Source: Perkinsela sp. CCAP 1560/9 | Lineage: Eukaryota > Protista > Euglenozoa: Kinetoplastea | Reading direction: 5' to 3' | Length of the DNA stretch: 64,000 nt | Assembly (NCBI GenBank): GCA_965644495.1 | Contig: CBFFSA010000007.1 | Coordinates: 372,001-436,000, forward strand | Shown: positions 1 to 9,814 of the stretch, piece by piece | Layout: each line of letters starts with the position of its first letter | How positions within the stretch are numbered: the stretch's first letter is position 1 | Notes under the pieces: generated by a model | The model's input: the letters and a program-made list of their open reading frames with translations, nothing else | Databases searched by the model: none | What the model was told of the DNA's origin: nothing | Position numbers and translations under genes: made by a program

Positions 1-1549
1 GAATCAAATACAGACTTACTTAGTTAATCAACATCCTGAAGTTGGTGTATTGTCTTTTACCTTGCAGTATCATCGATGCTTTGAACTCTGGTTAACGTCT
101 CCGCCCACGACTCTTTTCGAAACCATAGAAAATACAACCGAGCTTTCAAAAATCTGTCTGATAGGATGCACTGATGGTTCGTTATGGCAATATGTTCTTC
201 CTATTAAGCGTAAAGATAGGCCTCGAATTAAAAGAATTTTGTTACCCGATCCATCATTTCACCTCCCATTAAACAAAGATGAAATTTGTTATTCAAAATA
301 TGTTACTGCTGAGCTTGATATACAGGAAATATGGATGAGTGATTTCAATCCTCCTCGAAGCCTTCCGTTGTTTACTTATTGTGTCCGTCACTATGACCAG
401 CAACGCCTGAAAGTTGTGAGTTGGACAGTAGTTGTATATTCCAGTGTTCTCGTCTGGACAAAAGATACAAAGAAACGTTTAACGCCCCGACGAAGTGTAT
501 CGAATGACTACAAACAAGCAAGAAAGTGTGTGGCACAACCACTTTGCAAAACTTTCGCTGCCGAATGCGTCCGTGCAGCTGGTCTCACAGACTTCGGCCA
601 TTCTGTGACTATTATGACGGCCACCCGTATATTACGGTTTGAGCCGCCTCGCAAGCAGTGTTGTGCAACTCAAAGTACGTTGCGATCTACAGAATACGTT
701 CTAGTGAATCCAACTCTTCTCCACGAAGGAAATATGTATCCTAAGAAAGGACTTCCAACACTGTCGGGTCTGGAGGAAAACAAAAATATTTATGAATTCT
801 ACGAAAATTCTCATTCACTATCCGGAGAATTGGGTACGGCAAATATCACAGAGCCCCCTGCTACGAATGATCATGATGGGTCAATTAATTTGAAATCGAC
901 GTGGATTTCATCCTCATTTCCGCATTCCATTTCGGTTTCCCCGACATTCAGCCGCGTCGCGCTTTACTTTTATGCATCAAAAACAAATGCAGACAAGGTA
1001 TTTAGTTCTGATCATTTATGGACGGCAGAAGCCAATGCCGCAACTTCTAGTTCCTTCACTTCATCCCTATCGCAGCAGTGGAGGCACTGTGAAGCTGCTG
1101 ACATGAAACTTGCATCAACAGTAATATATTATTTGCATTCAGATTTGCATTTACGCGTAGATAGGAAGTATATGTGCGACCTAGTTCAGTCATTTTCATC
1201 TACGCCGTGGCTCAGGGAAGATCTTGTAAGATGGGCCTACGGCGTTGGTATAACTCTAGAAAGTCTAGGATTGCGCACAGCACATGAGCAGCCGTGCATT
1301 TCACAAGCGCAGTGCTGCATATTTTGCGGTTCTATCGCGAAACCAATATTCGAAGATGCCTCCTTGCGTTACCTATTCAGGTGCGAAAGGTTTCATGATT
1401 TTGCGGTGTGTGCTTTTACAGGGAAATTGCTTAGCCCCAGTCATGAAACCATCTATTGTGAGTTTTGCAGGACAAGTGTACAGATAAGCCAATGTGTTGG
1501 ATTCTTGGCAAGTATTTGCATTCGGTGCCAACGTCCTCGACTATGTTAG
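1..1549 (+). CDS. 5'-partial protein with C-terminal Cys/His zinc-binding domain, resembling TFIIIC tau60/Tfc8/GTF3C4
   Basis: Frame is open back to the window start. The C-terminal CxxC..C-x3-H-x-F-x2-C-x2-T..CxxC..CxxC pattern matches the zf-TFIIIC layout; the N-terminal part looks beta-propeller-like (LIGCTDGSLWQY). Confidence 0.45.
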   Translation, partial: NQIQTYLVNQHPEVGVLSFTLQYHRCFELWLTSPPTTLFETIENTTELSKICLIGCTDGSLWQYVLPIKRKDRPRIKRILLPDPSFHLPLNKDEICYSKYVTAELDIQEIWMSDFNPPRSLPLFTYCVRHYDQQRLKVVSWTVVVYSSVLVWTKDTKKRLTPRRSVSNDYKQARKCVAQPLCKTFAAECVRAAGLTDFGHSVTIMTATRILRFEPPRKQCCATQSTLRSTEYVLVNPTLLHEGNMYPKKGLPTLSGLEENKNIYEFYENSHSLSGELGTANITEPPATNDHDGSINLKSTWISSSFPHSISVSPTFSRVALYFYASKTNADKVFSSDHLWTAEANAATSSSFTSSLSQQWRHCEAADMKLASTVIYYLHSDLHLRVDRKYMCDLVQSFSSTPWLREDLVRWAYGVGITLESLGLRTAHEQPCISQAQCCIFCGSIAKPIFEDASLRYLFRCERFHDFAVCAFTGKLLSPSHETIYCEFCRTSVQISQCVGFLASICIRCQRPRLC

Positions 1550-2189
1550 TTCGATTACCTATTTTACATTTCTAATGCTCCCAGAATGCTTTCATTGCTC
1601 GTCTTAACCTCGAATATGCTAAAAAAGCGCTTTTTCTCCGTTTTTGTTTCCATCGCTGTCCTTTCCACAGCAGTGATCCCCAGTCACAGCGATCCCCAAA
1701 TGATGCCCCTGTGTTCCTTAACAACCTATGTTCCTTTAAGGCGCTTAGGCGTTGATTTGGTGCAATTTAACACACTACGCTTATGACTTCCTCTTTTTTG
1801 CGGCCCAAAAGAAGAGGCAAGCCTATGAATGGAGACTTTTCTTTTCTGACCTCTCGGAGGGGGTGGTGAGGGAATCTTTACGTGAAATGGGTGGATTCTT
1901 GTTCGCTTTTTACCCGTAAAAGTTGATGGAAGGGGAAGAGGGGAAGATTAAATCAGTAGAAGGTCGCATTTTTATATTATTTTTATAACATGCTTCTTTT
2001 CTTCTTCGGGCTCGTGCTAGACCGCTTAACTATGATGTTATGAGAGACGAAATTGAACAATAGCACTTTGTTAGTAAAGTAGCACTTTGTTTTTCGGTGT
2101 TTGTATGAGAAAAGACATTAAAGAACCGTATTTTTTGAACCTTCGGCTCAATAGGCCCCTATTAGGGGGTCTCTGCGAAAAAGAAGGGG

Positions 2190-2313
2190 CAAAGCTCCGC
2201 GCTACGAAAATGAGATCTATCAAATGTGCATATCTAATGTACCAAAAATGAGCTAAAACGGACAAGAAATCACATTTTTCTAGGGGGTCCTAGAACTTAT
2301 GGGGGTTCTACGG
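2190..2313. mobile_element. Isolated end fragment related to the MITE family at 59770-60688
   Basis: Shares tgagatctat with 4710 and aaatgagct.aaacggac with 60622, followed by two G-runs (tagggggt...gggggtt) as in those termini. No partner end found. Confidence 0.45.
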
Positions 2314-2415
2314 TCGTCACTGTATTATTATCCATTTTACGTATGATAGATGAAACCCCTATTTTGCATTCGCTAATGTCCTAAAAACATCACAATCATT
2401 CATCACAAATCATTC

Positions 2416-4272
2416 ATGATGAGTCTGAGATATAGTAAAGTGTTAACGCTATTAGCTTTCCACTTATTGAGCCAGCAATGCGCTACTACATTATCGAAAT
2501 CTTCTGAAGTATTCAAAAAAGAGCGTCTGGACCAGCAAAGCTTTGGAGGGTTACGTCGCAGTTCACCCTCTGGACCAAATACCTTATTACATTGGGCGTA
2601 CAATTTTCCGCTCCAAATGACTAAGTCATTTCAATTGTGGGATCCGGCTGAGAACGTGTACTGGGATCCGGATGAATCGGAATGGTGGTATCCATTGAGG
2701 CAATGTTTCTACTACGTAGTATCTTTGTTTCCAGATCTAATACTTCACATTGTTTCTTCCGTAACGGAGTCCGAAACGGAGGTAAGCGACCCTCATTGCG
2801 AAGGTGATCCTGCATACAATCAAGGAAATTCGTCTACGCTCAACGCACACACTTTCCACACATGTGACAAGACGAATGCGCAAACCAGAAATGGTCTTGC
2901 GTGTACGCACAAATTGGAAAAGAAGCGAATCCGTCCTCTAAATCGCGCTGACTATTTGGGTGGAAATTTATCCTCCGACGTACCAAGTTCTAATCTACTT
3001 CCGGAACAACTTGCTTCCTTACAGGACTTCACTGTACCGAAAGAATTCATTACATTTACGCCGATGCAGAAACGTCTACTTCGATCCAGGACACAAACTG
3101 AGTTTGAAGTAGAGTCGAAGTCATCATTCTTACCCTCGCGGATATTTTGGTACAAAAGATGGAATATCTGTCGCCTCCGCCCCATGATTATGAAGATTAA
3201 GGTGGGCGGGTATGTGGGTGGAACGGCAGAGAATTTGACTATAGTGCGCGACGAGTCAAACTTTCAAACACGGCCCGGGAGTGGAATATATATTAACAAT
3301 CCTTTTCATGACGACGGCAACGAGAAAGGGATGCAAATTTGGTTGCAGAACAGCAACCTACCGGCTTCCAAGGCAACCCAAGATTGGCCCTTACGACTAG
3401 TGATAGGCGGGATTCGACTTTATATTCACAATGCTTTGAAGGTAGCCTTCCAGCAGGACACAGGATGTGATGCACTGGAATTACCTGACCTCTCCAATCG
3501 TATTTTCTTCGACATAAGCGGTTCGATATTATTAGACGATCGTGAAATCGAATTGCGGGAGCATACATCACTACGCCAGTCACTTCAAGTGTTCTTTGAA
3601 GCGGCAGAGCAGCGTACTGGTTTGTATCACAAGCTATACGATCAACTGTGCGTCGCCTTAATGGACTCGGATAAGAAGCTGGGGGGATATTATTCTCACG
3701 CAGCCCCCATTCTTAACATAATAGACTCACTAGAGCGGACGAATCAAGCTGAACTAGCACTTCTGGAGTCTCTTATTTGCACTGTACATCTAACTACAGA
3801 AGATTTCGCCATTATGCCCTACCCAGAGGATGAAGAAACGCAATCAACGCACGCGGACGCCCACTCCAATCGGTACTATACGGTTTTCTGTCCGTGTGAT
3901 TCTTCTCATTCACGTGCCGTGTTCGGAAACGAGTGCATCATAATGGCCGCCATTGATAATGTTCCTCGCATTATTTTTGTGGAGACAGGAGAAACAATGG
4001 ATTCTACGGCTGCTTCGCCTTTGCGTTTACCCATTAAAGGAGATTTGTTGCGGGTTTCGTACTACACCCGCGCACCTTGCACTGAGACGACCCATAAGTT
4101 GTCTTTTCACAATTCAGCGAAGTCAGGGGACCCAGGGAAACCGATCCACAAGCTGCGTCCTGTCCCCAACAAGGGAGACTTATTGCAGTGTGTCTGCAGC
4201 GTACACGAACAATCTTACTATTCCGAGTTACAGCGTCTGCTTGGTACAAGGTATTGTCCTGTTGCGGTATAG
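2416..4272 (+). CDS. Hypothetical protein with predicted N-terminal signal peptide (618 aa)
   Basis: Long ORF with hydrophobic N-terminus VLTLLAFHLLSQQCA; no family motif recognised. Confidence 0.6.
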   Translation: MMSLRYSKVLTLLAFHLLSQQCATTLSKSSEVFKKERLDQQSFGGLRRSSPSGPNTLLHWAYNFPLQMTKSFQLWDPAENVYWDPDESEWWYPLRQCFYYVVSLFPDLILHIVSSVTESETEVSDPHCEGDPAYNQGNSSTLNAHTFHTCDKTNAQTRNGLACTHKLEKKRIRPLNRADYLGGNLSSDVPSSNLLPEQLASLQDFTVPKEFITFTPMQKRLLRSRTQTEFEVESKSSFLPSRIFWYKRWNICRLRPMIMKIKVGGYVGGTAENLTIVRDESNFQTRPGSGIYINNPFHDDGNEKGMQIWLQNSNLPASKATQDWPLRLVIGGIRLYIHNALKVAFQQDTGCDALELPDLSNRIFFDISGSILLDDREIELREHTSLRQSLQVFFEAAEQRTGLYHKLYDQLCVALMDSDKKLGGYYSHAAPILNIIDSLERTNQAELALLESLICTVHLTTEDFAIMPYPEDEETQSTHADAHSNRYYTVFCPCDSSHSRAVFGNECIIMAAIDNVPRIIFVETGETMDSTAASPLRLPIKGDLLRVSYYTRAPCTETTHKLSFHNSAKSGDPGKPIHKLRPVPNKGDLLQCVCSVHEQSYYSELQRLLGTRYCPVAV

Positions 4273-4685
4273 CTGTACGGAAGTCTTAGTGCATAGTTGA
4301 TGGCACTACAGCCTTTGTACCGGAGGAAGACGCAAGCTACGGTAAGTTTATTTTCCCTGTGTGACAGTATTTCCTGTTATAGATTTCCCGAAGGCAATGA
4401 AAAAGTAACGTTTGAAAGGTTACTCCGCTTCATTATATTGGTTCTTCGTACCAATGGGAGATTACAGAGGGGGGTCAGTTCGATCTGGGAGGGGTCTAAA
4501 AATTTTAATACTTGGCCATTTTTCGAAAATAATAGCGCATTCGGGGGAGGAAGACCTTTTCGTCCTCCCTTTCAGAGGGAGGAAGACCTTTTCGTTTGAA
4601 AGGGCGTATTTTTTTTTGAATTTTAAGGGTGAAAATGTAGTAATCAGGCTTTCAAATGTATGTATTTTGTATTTTTTGTTCCGTT

Positions 4686-4796
4686 TCTTAACGCGCAAAC
4701 TCTTTGTGTTGAGATCTATAAACTGCTACAAAAATTAGCTCAAGCAAGCGAAGCATTGAGATTTTGGAGGGGGTGCCTTATTTCGGTCAGGGGTTT
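4686..4796. mobile_element. MITE right-end fragment nested in the left inverted repeat of the Tc1-like element
   Basis: taacgcgcaaactctttgtgttg...gagggggtgccttatttcggtcaggggttTA is homologous to 60569-60688. Inverted-repeat sequence atcgtttcccg resumes directly after it. Confidence 0.7.
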
Positions 4797-4814
4797 ATAT
4801 CGTTTCCCGTATAA

Positions 4815-5825
4815 TTAGCAGTATATTAGCAGTATGGTAAGAGGGCCAAAAACGTCAATTGCATATCTTTTAATAAATTTCACTTTTTTGGCATAAAATT
4901 GAGCAGACGAACCTAGTACACAGTGCCCCCCATCCTTCTCTATAACAATCCTCATTCTGTTTGGCACACTTTTTAATATGCGTTCAACGAAACCAACTTC
5001 ACTAAGCAGCCCACTGTACGAAGCTGTGATGGATTCTTTCAATAAATCACGGTTCAATGGATTTTTCCTGCACTTTATGACATCCACCATTGACCATAAA
5101 TTTTCGATAGGAGTCATGTCTGGAGATTTGGGTGGACAATCCAGCATTCTGACCCTGTTATCCTTGAAATGAGTACGTGCTTTGTTGTGTACAGTTGAGT
5201 TGTCCATTACAGCAGCAGCTAGACGATGGCGGTTAACAAATGAAAGAATTCCCCCCCCCTCTTTGTCAAAGCCTTCTTAAAATCTTCCCCCTTCACAGAT
5301 GAATCTCCATCGATGTGGATGAACCACCCATACCTAAGACTAACCCCCATCCATACCATAATACCCTTTCCCCCACCCAACGATCCATTCCAGGGGTCGC
5401 AGAATATTTCTCGACGTCGCCTTCGCGGCCAGTGAAAGTTTGACTCCCGCGGCAACTGCACCGAAAAAGCTTCTGATCACACCAAATGATGTGCGAGAGT
5501 TCTTGTTCGGTCCAAGTTACCATCTCTTGGGCGAAGTATAAACGTTTAAGTTTATGCCTCTCCGTTAGATAGGGCTTCTTACTGAACCTTTGAACTCCAA
5601 CACCGTGTTTCCTAAGTAAACGCCGAATTTGAGAGTTTGTTTGGAACACTGGATCCCAGCCTTGTGAAGATCACTCAGGATGAAATTCCAGGATGGACAT
5701 GGGCTATTCCTGCTAAGATGCACATAAACTTGTAGAGCTGTTTCCAGCAAATTCGACAGTGCTTTCTTGCACATAAAATTTTCGAGCTGCTTCAGAAAAT
5801 GACCCTGTTTTCTCGAAATCTTCAA
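4815..5825 (-). pseudogene. Tc1-like DDE transposase, split across at least four frames
   Basis: Consecutive fragments: LHKAGIQCSKQT / IRRLLRKHG..KKPYLTERHKLKRLYFA..W..IIWCDQKLF / GGGKGIMVWM / MDNSTVH..PPKSPDMTPIENLW..SVPNRMRIVIEKDGG. These are all canonical Tc1 motifs. D-to-E spacing is 32 rather than 34. Confidence 0.92.
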
Positions 5826-6528
5826 CTAACAGCATTCTGTGTGTCAGTTTTGTTTTTTTTAGGGGTGAGAAATGGGTCCCAGAGAATTTCCCTCAAGAAG
5901 AACGCGGATGAACCCTTTTTCCCAATTCCCAGATTCAGGCGGCGGTACACGTCGAGGTACCGTCGCGGTATTAGGGGGTAGGCTTCCGGTGGGCCTAGGG
6001 GGGTGCACACCAATTCCTATTCTCTTTTGAAGAACACAATAATCCAAGAATAATTATTTTTTTGACAATACGCGTTTTAATTAAGAATGCGGGAAACGAT
6101 GTACATCTGTATATTCCACCAGAGAGCTATACGAGAGCTCTCGAATGCGCTATTATTTTCTAAAATTGGCCAAGCTATACGAATTTTAGACCCCCCAGAT
6201 GTAGCTCATCGCCCCCTTTATCTCCCGGTCGGACGAATTGTAATCTTCGTAGGTGTCCTGGAAATATTTCAAATAACGCTTTATGTAACTTAAAACGCAC
6301 ATAAATATTTTCATACGGAGACTAGGAAACCCCCAAGAACTGAGGTTACGCGCATTCTGCGTTCACTTAACCGTACTTCTGCGGTATGTGTTGTTATACC
6401 GTATTAATGATATTTACGGTAAGGATGCGACGAAATATGATGAGCAACAAAAGGGACATAAAGTCACATGTACGTAGTGTGTAGCCCCTGTGTAGTCGTA
6501 TTTTACGTTATTTCAGATTTTCGATACA

Positions 6529-7026
6529 ATGTCACGCCTATGGGACCCATTGCAGGAGTTCGACGAGCTTCGACGACTTTTTAGCAACGACTTATGGAGT
6601 TTTCCTGGATTAAAGGGTAGCCCAACAAGCGGAATTCCTGGTTTCTACATGGCCTCGACCAGCACGAATTGGGCACCACAGGTAGACCTTATTGAGTCCT
6701 CCGAGCGTTTTTCACTCTCCGCCGACTTACCCGGCGTGCGTAAAACCGACATGCAGATCAATGCTTCAGAAAATCAAATTTGTGTGAGCGGGAAGCGACA
6801 ATGGAGCGCGATACAAACTGAGGATGAAAAGGATAAAAGTGAGGCAAACTATTTATGCCGGGAAAGAAGACCTGGTGAGTTTCAACGCTGTTTCATCTTG
6901 CCCAGTAAGATCAAAGAAAATGAAGTGGAGGCTCGCCTGCTTGATGGGGTTTTGGAAGTAGTTATGGAGAAACAAGTATCTGGAGATTCCTGGAGCTCCG
7001 GAATGTCTCCTGTCAAATTACAGTAA
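6529..7026 (+). CDS. HSP20: Small heat shock protein (alpha-crystallin/HSP20)
   Basis: WAPQVDLIE..ADLPGV..ERRPGEFQRCFILP..ARLLDGVLEV motifs. Confidence 0.93.
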   Translation: MSRLWDPLQEFDELRRLFSNDLWSFPGLKGSPTSGIPGFYMASTSTNWAPQVDLIESSERFSLSADLPGVRKTDMQINASENQICVSGKRQWSAIQTEDEKDKSEANYLCRERRPGEFQRCFILPSKIKENEVEARLLDGVLEVVMEKQVSGDSWSSGMSPVKLQ

Positions 7027-7490
7027 AATTGCTCATTTGTCCGTTTTTGATGCATGCCACAAGGATTTTTTCGAGTTTGCTTTCTTCTTCCGAAGTTTTC
7101 CGAGAAGCGGGATTTTTTTCTCCATCATGCACCGCATAGTTATTTGCGGTCGAGATTAACTCAAAAAGGCGGTATGCGGTACATACACGTATGGAGGTGC
7201 CAAACTTTGTCGATTTGTCCAGCATTATTCTACAATTTACATTTCAGAAAATGTTTTTGAATACTTGAGTTATTGCTATGTGTCAATCTTCCGTTAAAAA
7301 TGACGAAGAATCGGTTTCGTGAGAGATTATTAAGTCCACCATGTACATACAATGTGGTACCATCATGCTGCAAATGCGTTCCTCAAAGTACTTGATTATT
7401 CTTTACGCCCTATTGAAAGTCAAAGATTGTTGCTGTATTAAATTGATCATATTGTTATTGTTTTTACTTTAAAAAACGTTTTTTTAGAAT

Positions 7491-7973
7491 ATGTTGATGC
7501 GACCTTCATGTCTTAAATTGCATCGACACACAGTCGCATCTATACCGGCCTATCATAAAATGTCTCGAATACCCGGCAAGTGGCATCCACGTGAAGGACC
7601 CCCGGGGGACACCCTCGCTCGACGGATTTATTTTTATCACAGAGTGTTAATGGCTCGCATCGGAAACCTTACTGCTGTAGTAAAAACACCACGAAGTAGA
7701 TACTTGTTTCGCAAAATGCAAGCACGTCTCTTCAAGTTCACATCCTTAACTCTTGCTCTTTTCTGTGTCTTCACTTTTGGGTGTCTCTGGATGATTGTTG
7801 CGTACAACGCATTCGCGGCCGGTCCCCCTACTGCTATTCTGCAGAAGAAAACTCGGGAGCATCGCGTTTCCAAACAAATTATGACAATGGTCAGAGAACG
7901 CGAGGCCGACCTTGCACAGAAACAGCACGAAACAGAAGCCCGACAAATTATTGAACAAAGGACAAATCTTTGA
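7491..7973 (+). CDS. Small single-TM protein, probably mitochondrial
   Basis: Basic presequence-like N-terminus, one hydrophobic helix and a coiled C-terminus; preceded by ttttttag. Confidence 0.65.
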   Translation: MLMRPSCLKLHRHTVASIPAYHKMSRIPGKWHPREGPPGDTLARRIYFYHRVLMARIGNLTAVVKTPRSRYLFRKMQARLFKFTSLTLALFCVFTFGCLWMIVAYNAFAAGPPTAILQKKTREHRVSKQIMTMVREREADLAQKQHETEARQIIEQRTNL

Positions 7974-8241
7974 TAATATTCCTTTTGGTATTACAGTCCC
8001 TTTAAAAAAACATTATAATATCAGTACAGTAGTTTCAAGGCTTTTTTCCGTATGTATTTGTGCATTAGAAGGGGTAAAATTGCGTTATATTTTGTATTTT
8101 TGGTATTTTAAATTTTTGTAGCGTATCAAATAGAAAAATGTCTACGTCGCTAGACGCAAACAGTATAAAAACTACTGGCACCTTTTGCTCTCCCAAAAAA
8201 TCGACTAATTTGTTGAAAGGTAGAAATTGATTTTCTGGATC

Positions 8242-9528
8242 ATGTTGAAAAACGAGCGATCCTGTGACTTTGATGAGCTCAAAAAATCTATTAGCTGTCT
8301 AAACTGCCGTTTGAATGAAGTGGGGGGAGCTGTTTCGAGTTATACAATCTACTTATCTGACACTGATGTCGGAGATGTTTCCTGTACAGCAAGTACAAAA
8401 GAAATAAGAGAATCAAATAAAGAATCCCCAACAAGTTTGATAGGAATAGAAAGGAAAGGATCTCTCATAGAATATTTTTCTCAAGAGTTTCCATCCTTCC
8501 AACATTACAAGTGCGTACAGCGCCCATTTGGTATCGAAATAGACGGCAATGGAAAACCGCCTGCGGTACGTCTCGCAGTGTGCTTTCTCAAGGGTCGATA
8601 CCGCAAGCATGATAGGTCCCTACCACAATCTCCTTGGTTTCTTCCTACCGGTGAACGCGTGGGGAAATTGTCCGTTCAAGAACATCTAATGAAGGAAATC
8701 ATTTCCTTGTTTTATAGACACCCCTCACATTATCAAAGTATGATTTCCTCTTCAGACTTACCATCGACCATAGTTGAAGAATCGCTAGCTTGCGAAACTG
8801 TGTATGAGCCACGGCGTTGTCAAACTGAAATATCGTCCTTAAAGTCGGTCGATACTTTCAATTTGAGCGACGCATCAAAGTTTTCTTCGTCTGGTCGAGA
8901 AGATGTTGACGTTCGAATGTTGGGCAACGGGCGACCGTTTCTCCTTCAAATGTTTGGAGTTACATCCATACCGACAAAGAGCTATTTACGAAATGTAGCA
9001 CTCCGAATAGGGCCCGAGGTTGAAGCCATAAATCTAGAAATGGCACATCCTTCCGTGTGTAATGAACTTTTGGCTGGTGAAAAAGAAAAGAAAAAGTCCT
9101 ATCGAGCCGTCGTATATTTCAAAGACCTACTCAGAAGCGTCGGTATAGAAGAAAATGAACTAGCCGACGTGAAGGCCGAACTTCCTTGTTGGCACGAGGA
9201 ACAAGCAACGGTTCCAGAATTTGCGTGTAGAATTCTTCCTGAGAAGGTCAAACTCATGAATCGTATGCGCAATATTGAGGTAAAACAAAGTACGCCCGTT
9301 AGGGTTTTGCATCGGCGTGCACCATTAGTCCGGAGCAAGATTATACACTGCCTACACCTACGTATTTTAAATCCGTGCTTCGGCTTGCTAGACCTGACGA
9401 CCTCTCCGGGCACATACGTAAAAGAATTTGTTACCGGAGATCATGGTCGCACAATGCCTTCTCTTGGCGATCTTATGGGCACTGCGTGCGACATCGTGCA
9501 GCTTGATGTTACCGAAGTTCATATGTAG
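8242..9528 (+). CDS. PUS10: tRNA pseudouridine synthase Pus10
   Basis: GRYRKHDRSLPQSPW, SGREDVDVRMLGNGRPF (catalytic Asp), QSTPVRVLHRR and GTYVKEFVTGDHGRT. First in-frame ATG is at 8242. Confidence 0.93.
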   Translation: MLKNERSCDFDELKKSISCLNCRLNEVGGAVSSYTIYLSDTDVGDVSCTASTKEIRESNKESPTSLIGIERKGSLIEYFSQEFPSFQHYKCVQRPFGIEIDGNGKPPAVRLAVCFLKGRYRKHDRSLPQSPWFLPTGERVGKLSVQEHLMKEIISLFYRHPSHYQSMISSSDLPSTIVEESLACETVYEPRRCQTEISSLKSVDTFNLSDASKFSSSGREDVDVRMLGNGRPFLLQMFGVTSIPTKSYLRNVALRIGPEVEAINLEMAHPSVCNELLAGEKEKKKSYRAVVYFKDLLRSVGIEENELADVKAELPCWHEEQATVPEFACRILPEKVKLMNRMRNIEVKQSTPVRVLHRRAPLVRSKIIHCLHLRILNPCFGLLDLTTSPGTYVKEFVTGDHGRTMPSLGDLMGTACDIVQLDVTEVHM

Positions 9529-9814
9529 AAATTATTTACTACATACAATAATTTACTGCATACAATTTTTCCAACACTGTTTAATATACTTTTAATGTAC
9601 TGTTTAATATAAAAATTGATATAACAGTATTTGTCTTGGTTAGTCAGCCAGTGCGTTTCATAGCGTTTTATGGTCAAGAATTTGTAAATTTATTATCCGG
9701 GACGGCGATCATACGAAGTTGTGCTTTGTTTTCGACCTACTACCAGTATATCACTTATGCTCGCAAACTGGTTTTGAAGCCCCTTCACTATTCTCCTATT
9801 CCAGGGAACGATAC

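Larger units (their letters stand above)
4445..6237 (-). mobile_element. Decayed Tc1/mariner-superfamily (Tc1-like) DNA transposon with long imperfect inverted repeats
   Basis: Imperfect inverted repeats of about 100 bp at 4445-4543 and 6142-6237 (shared core cttggcca.tttt.gaaaataatagcgcattcg) flank a frameshifted transposase. The true outer termini are not resolved. Confidence 0.8.

Noticed and set aside
8138-8230. 30-codon ORF just upstream of PUS10, suggesting a frameshifted N-terminus
   Set aside because: The PUS10 frame is closed by TAG at 8221 and has its own ATG at 8242; no homology support.
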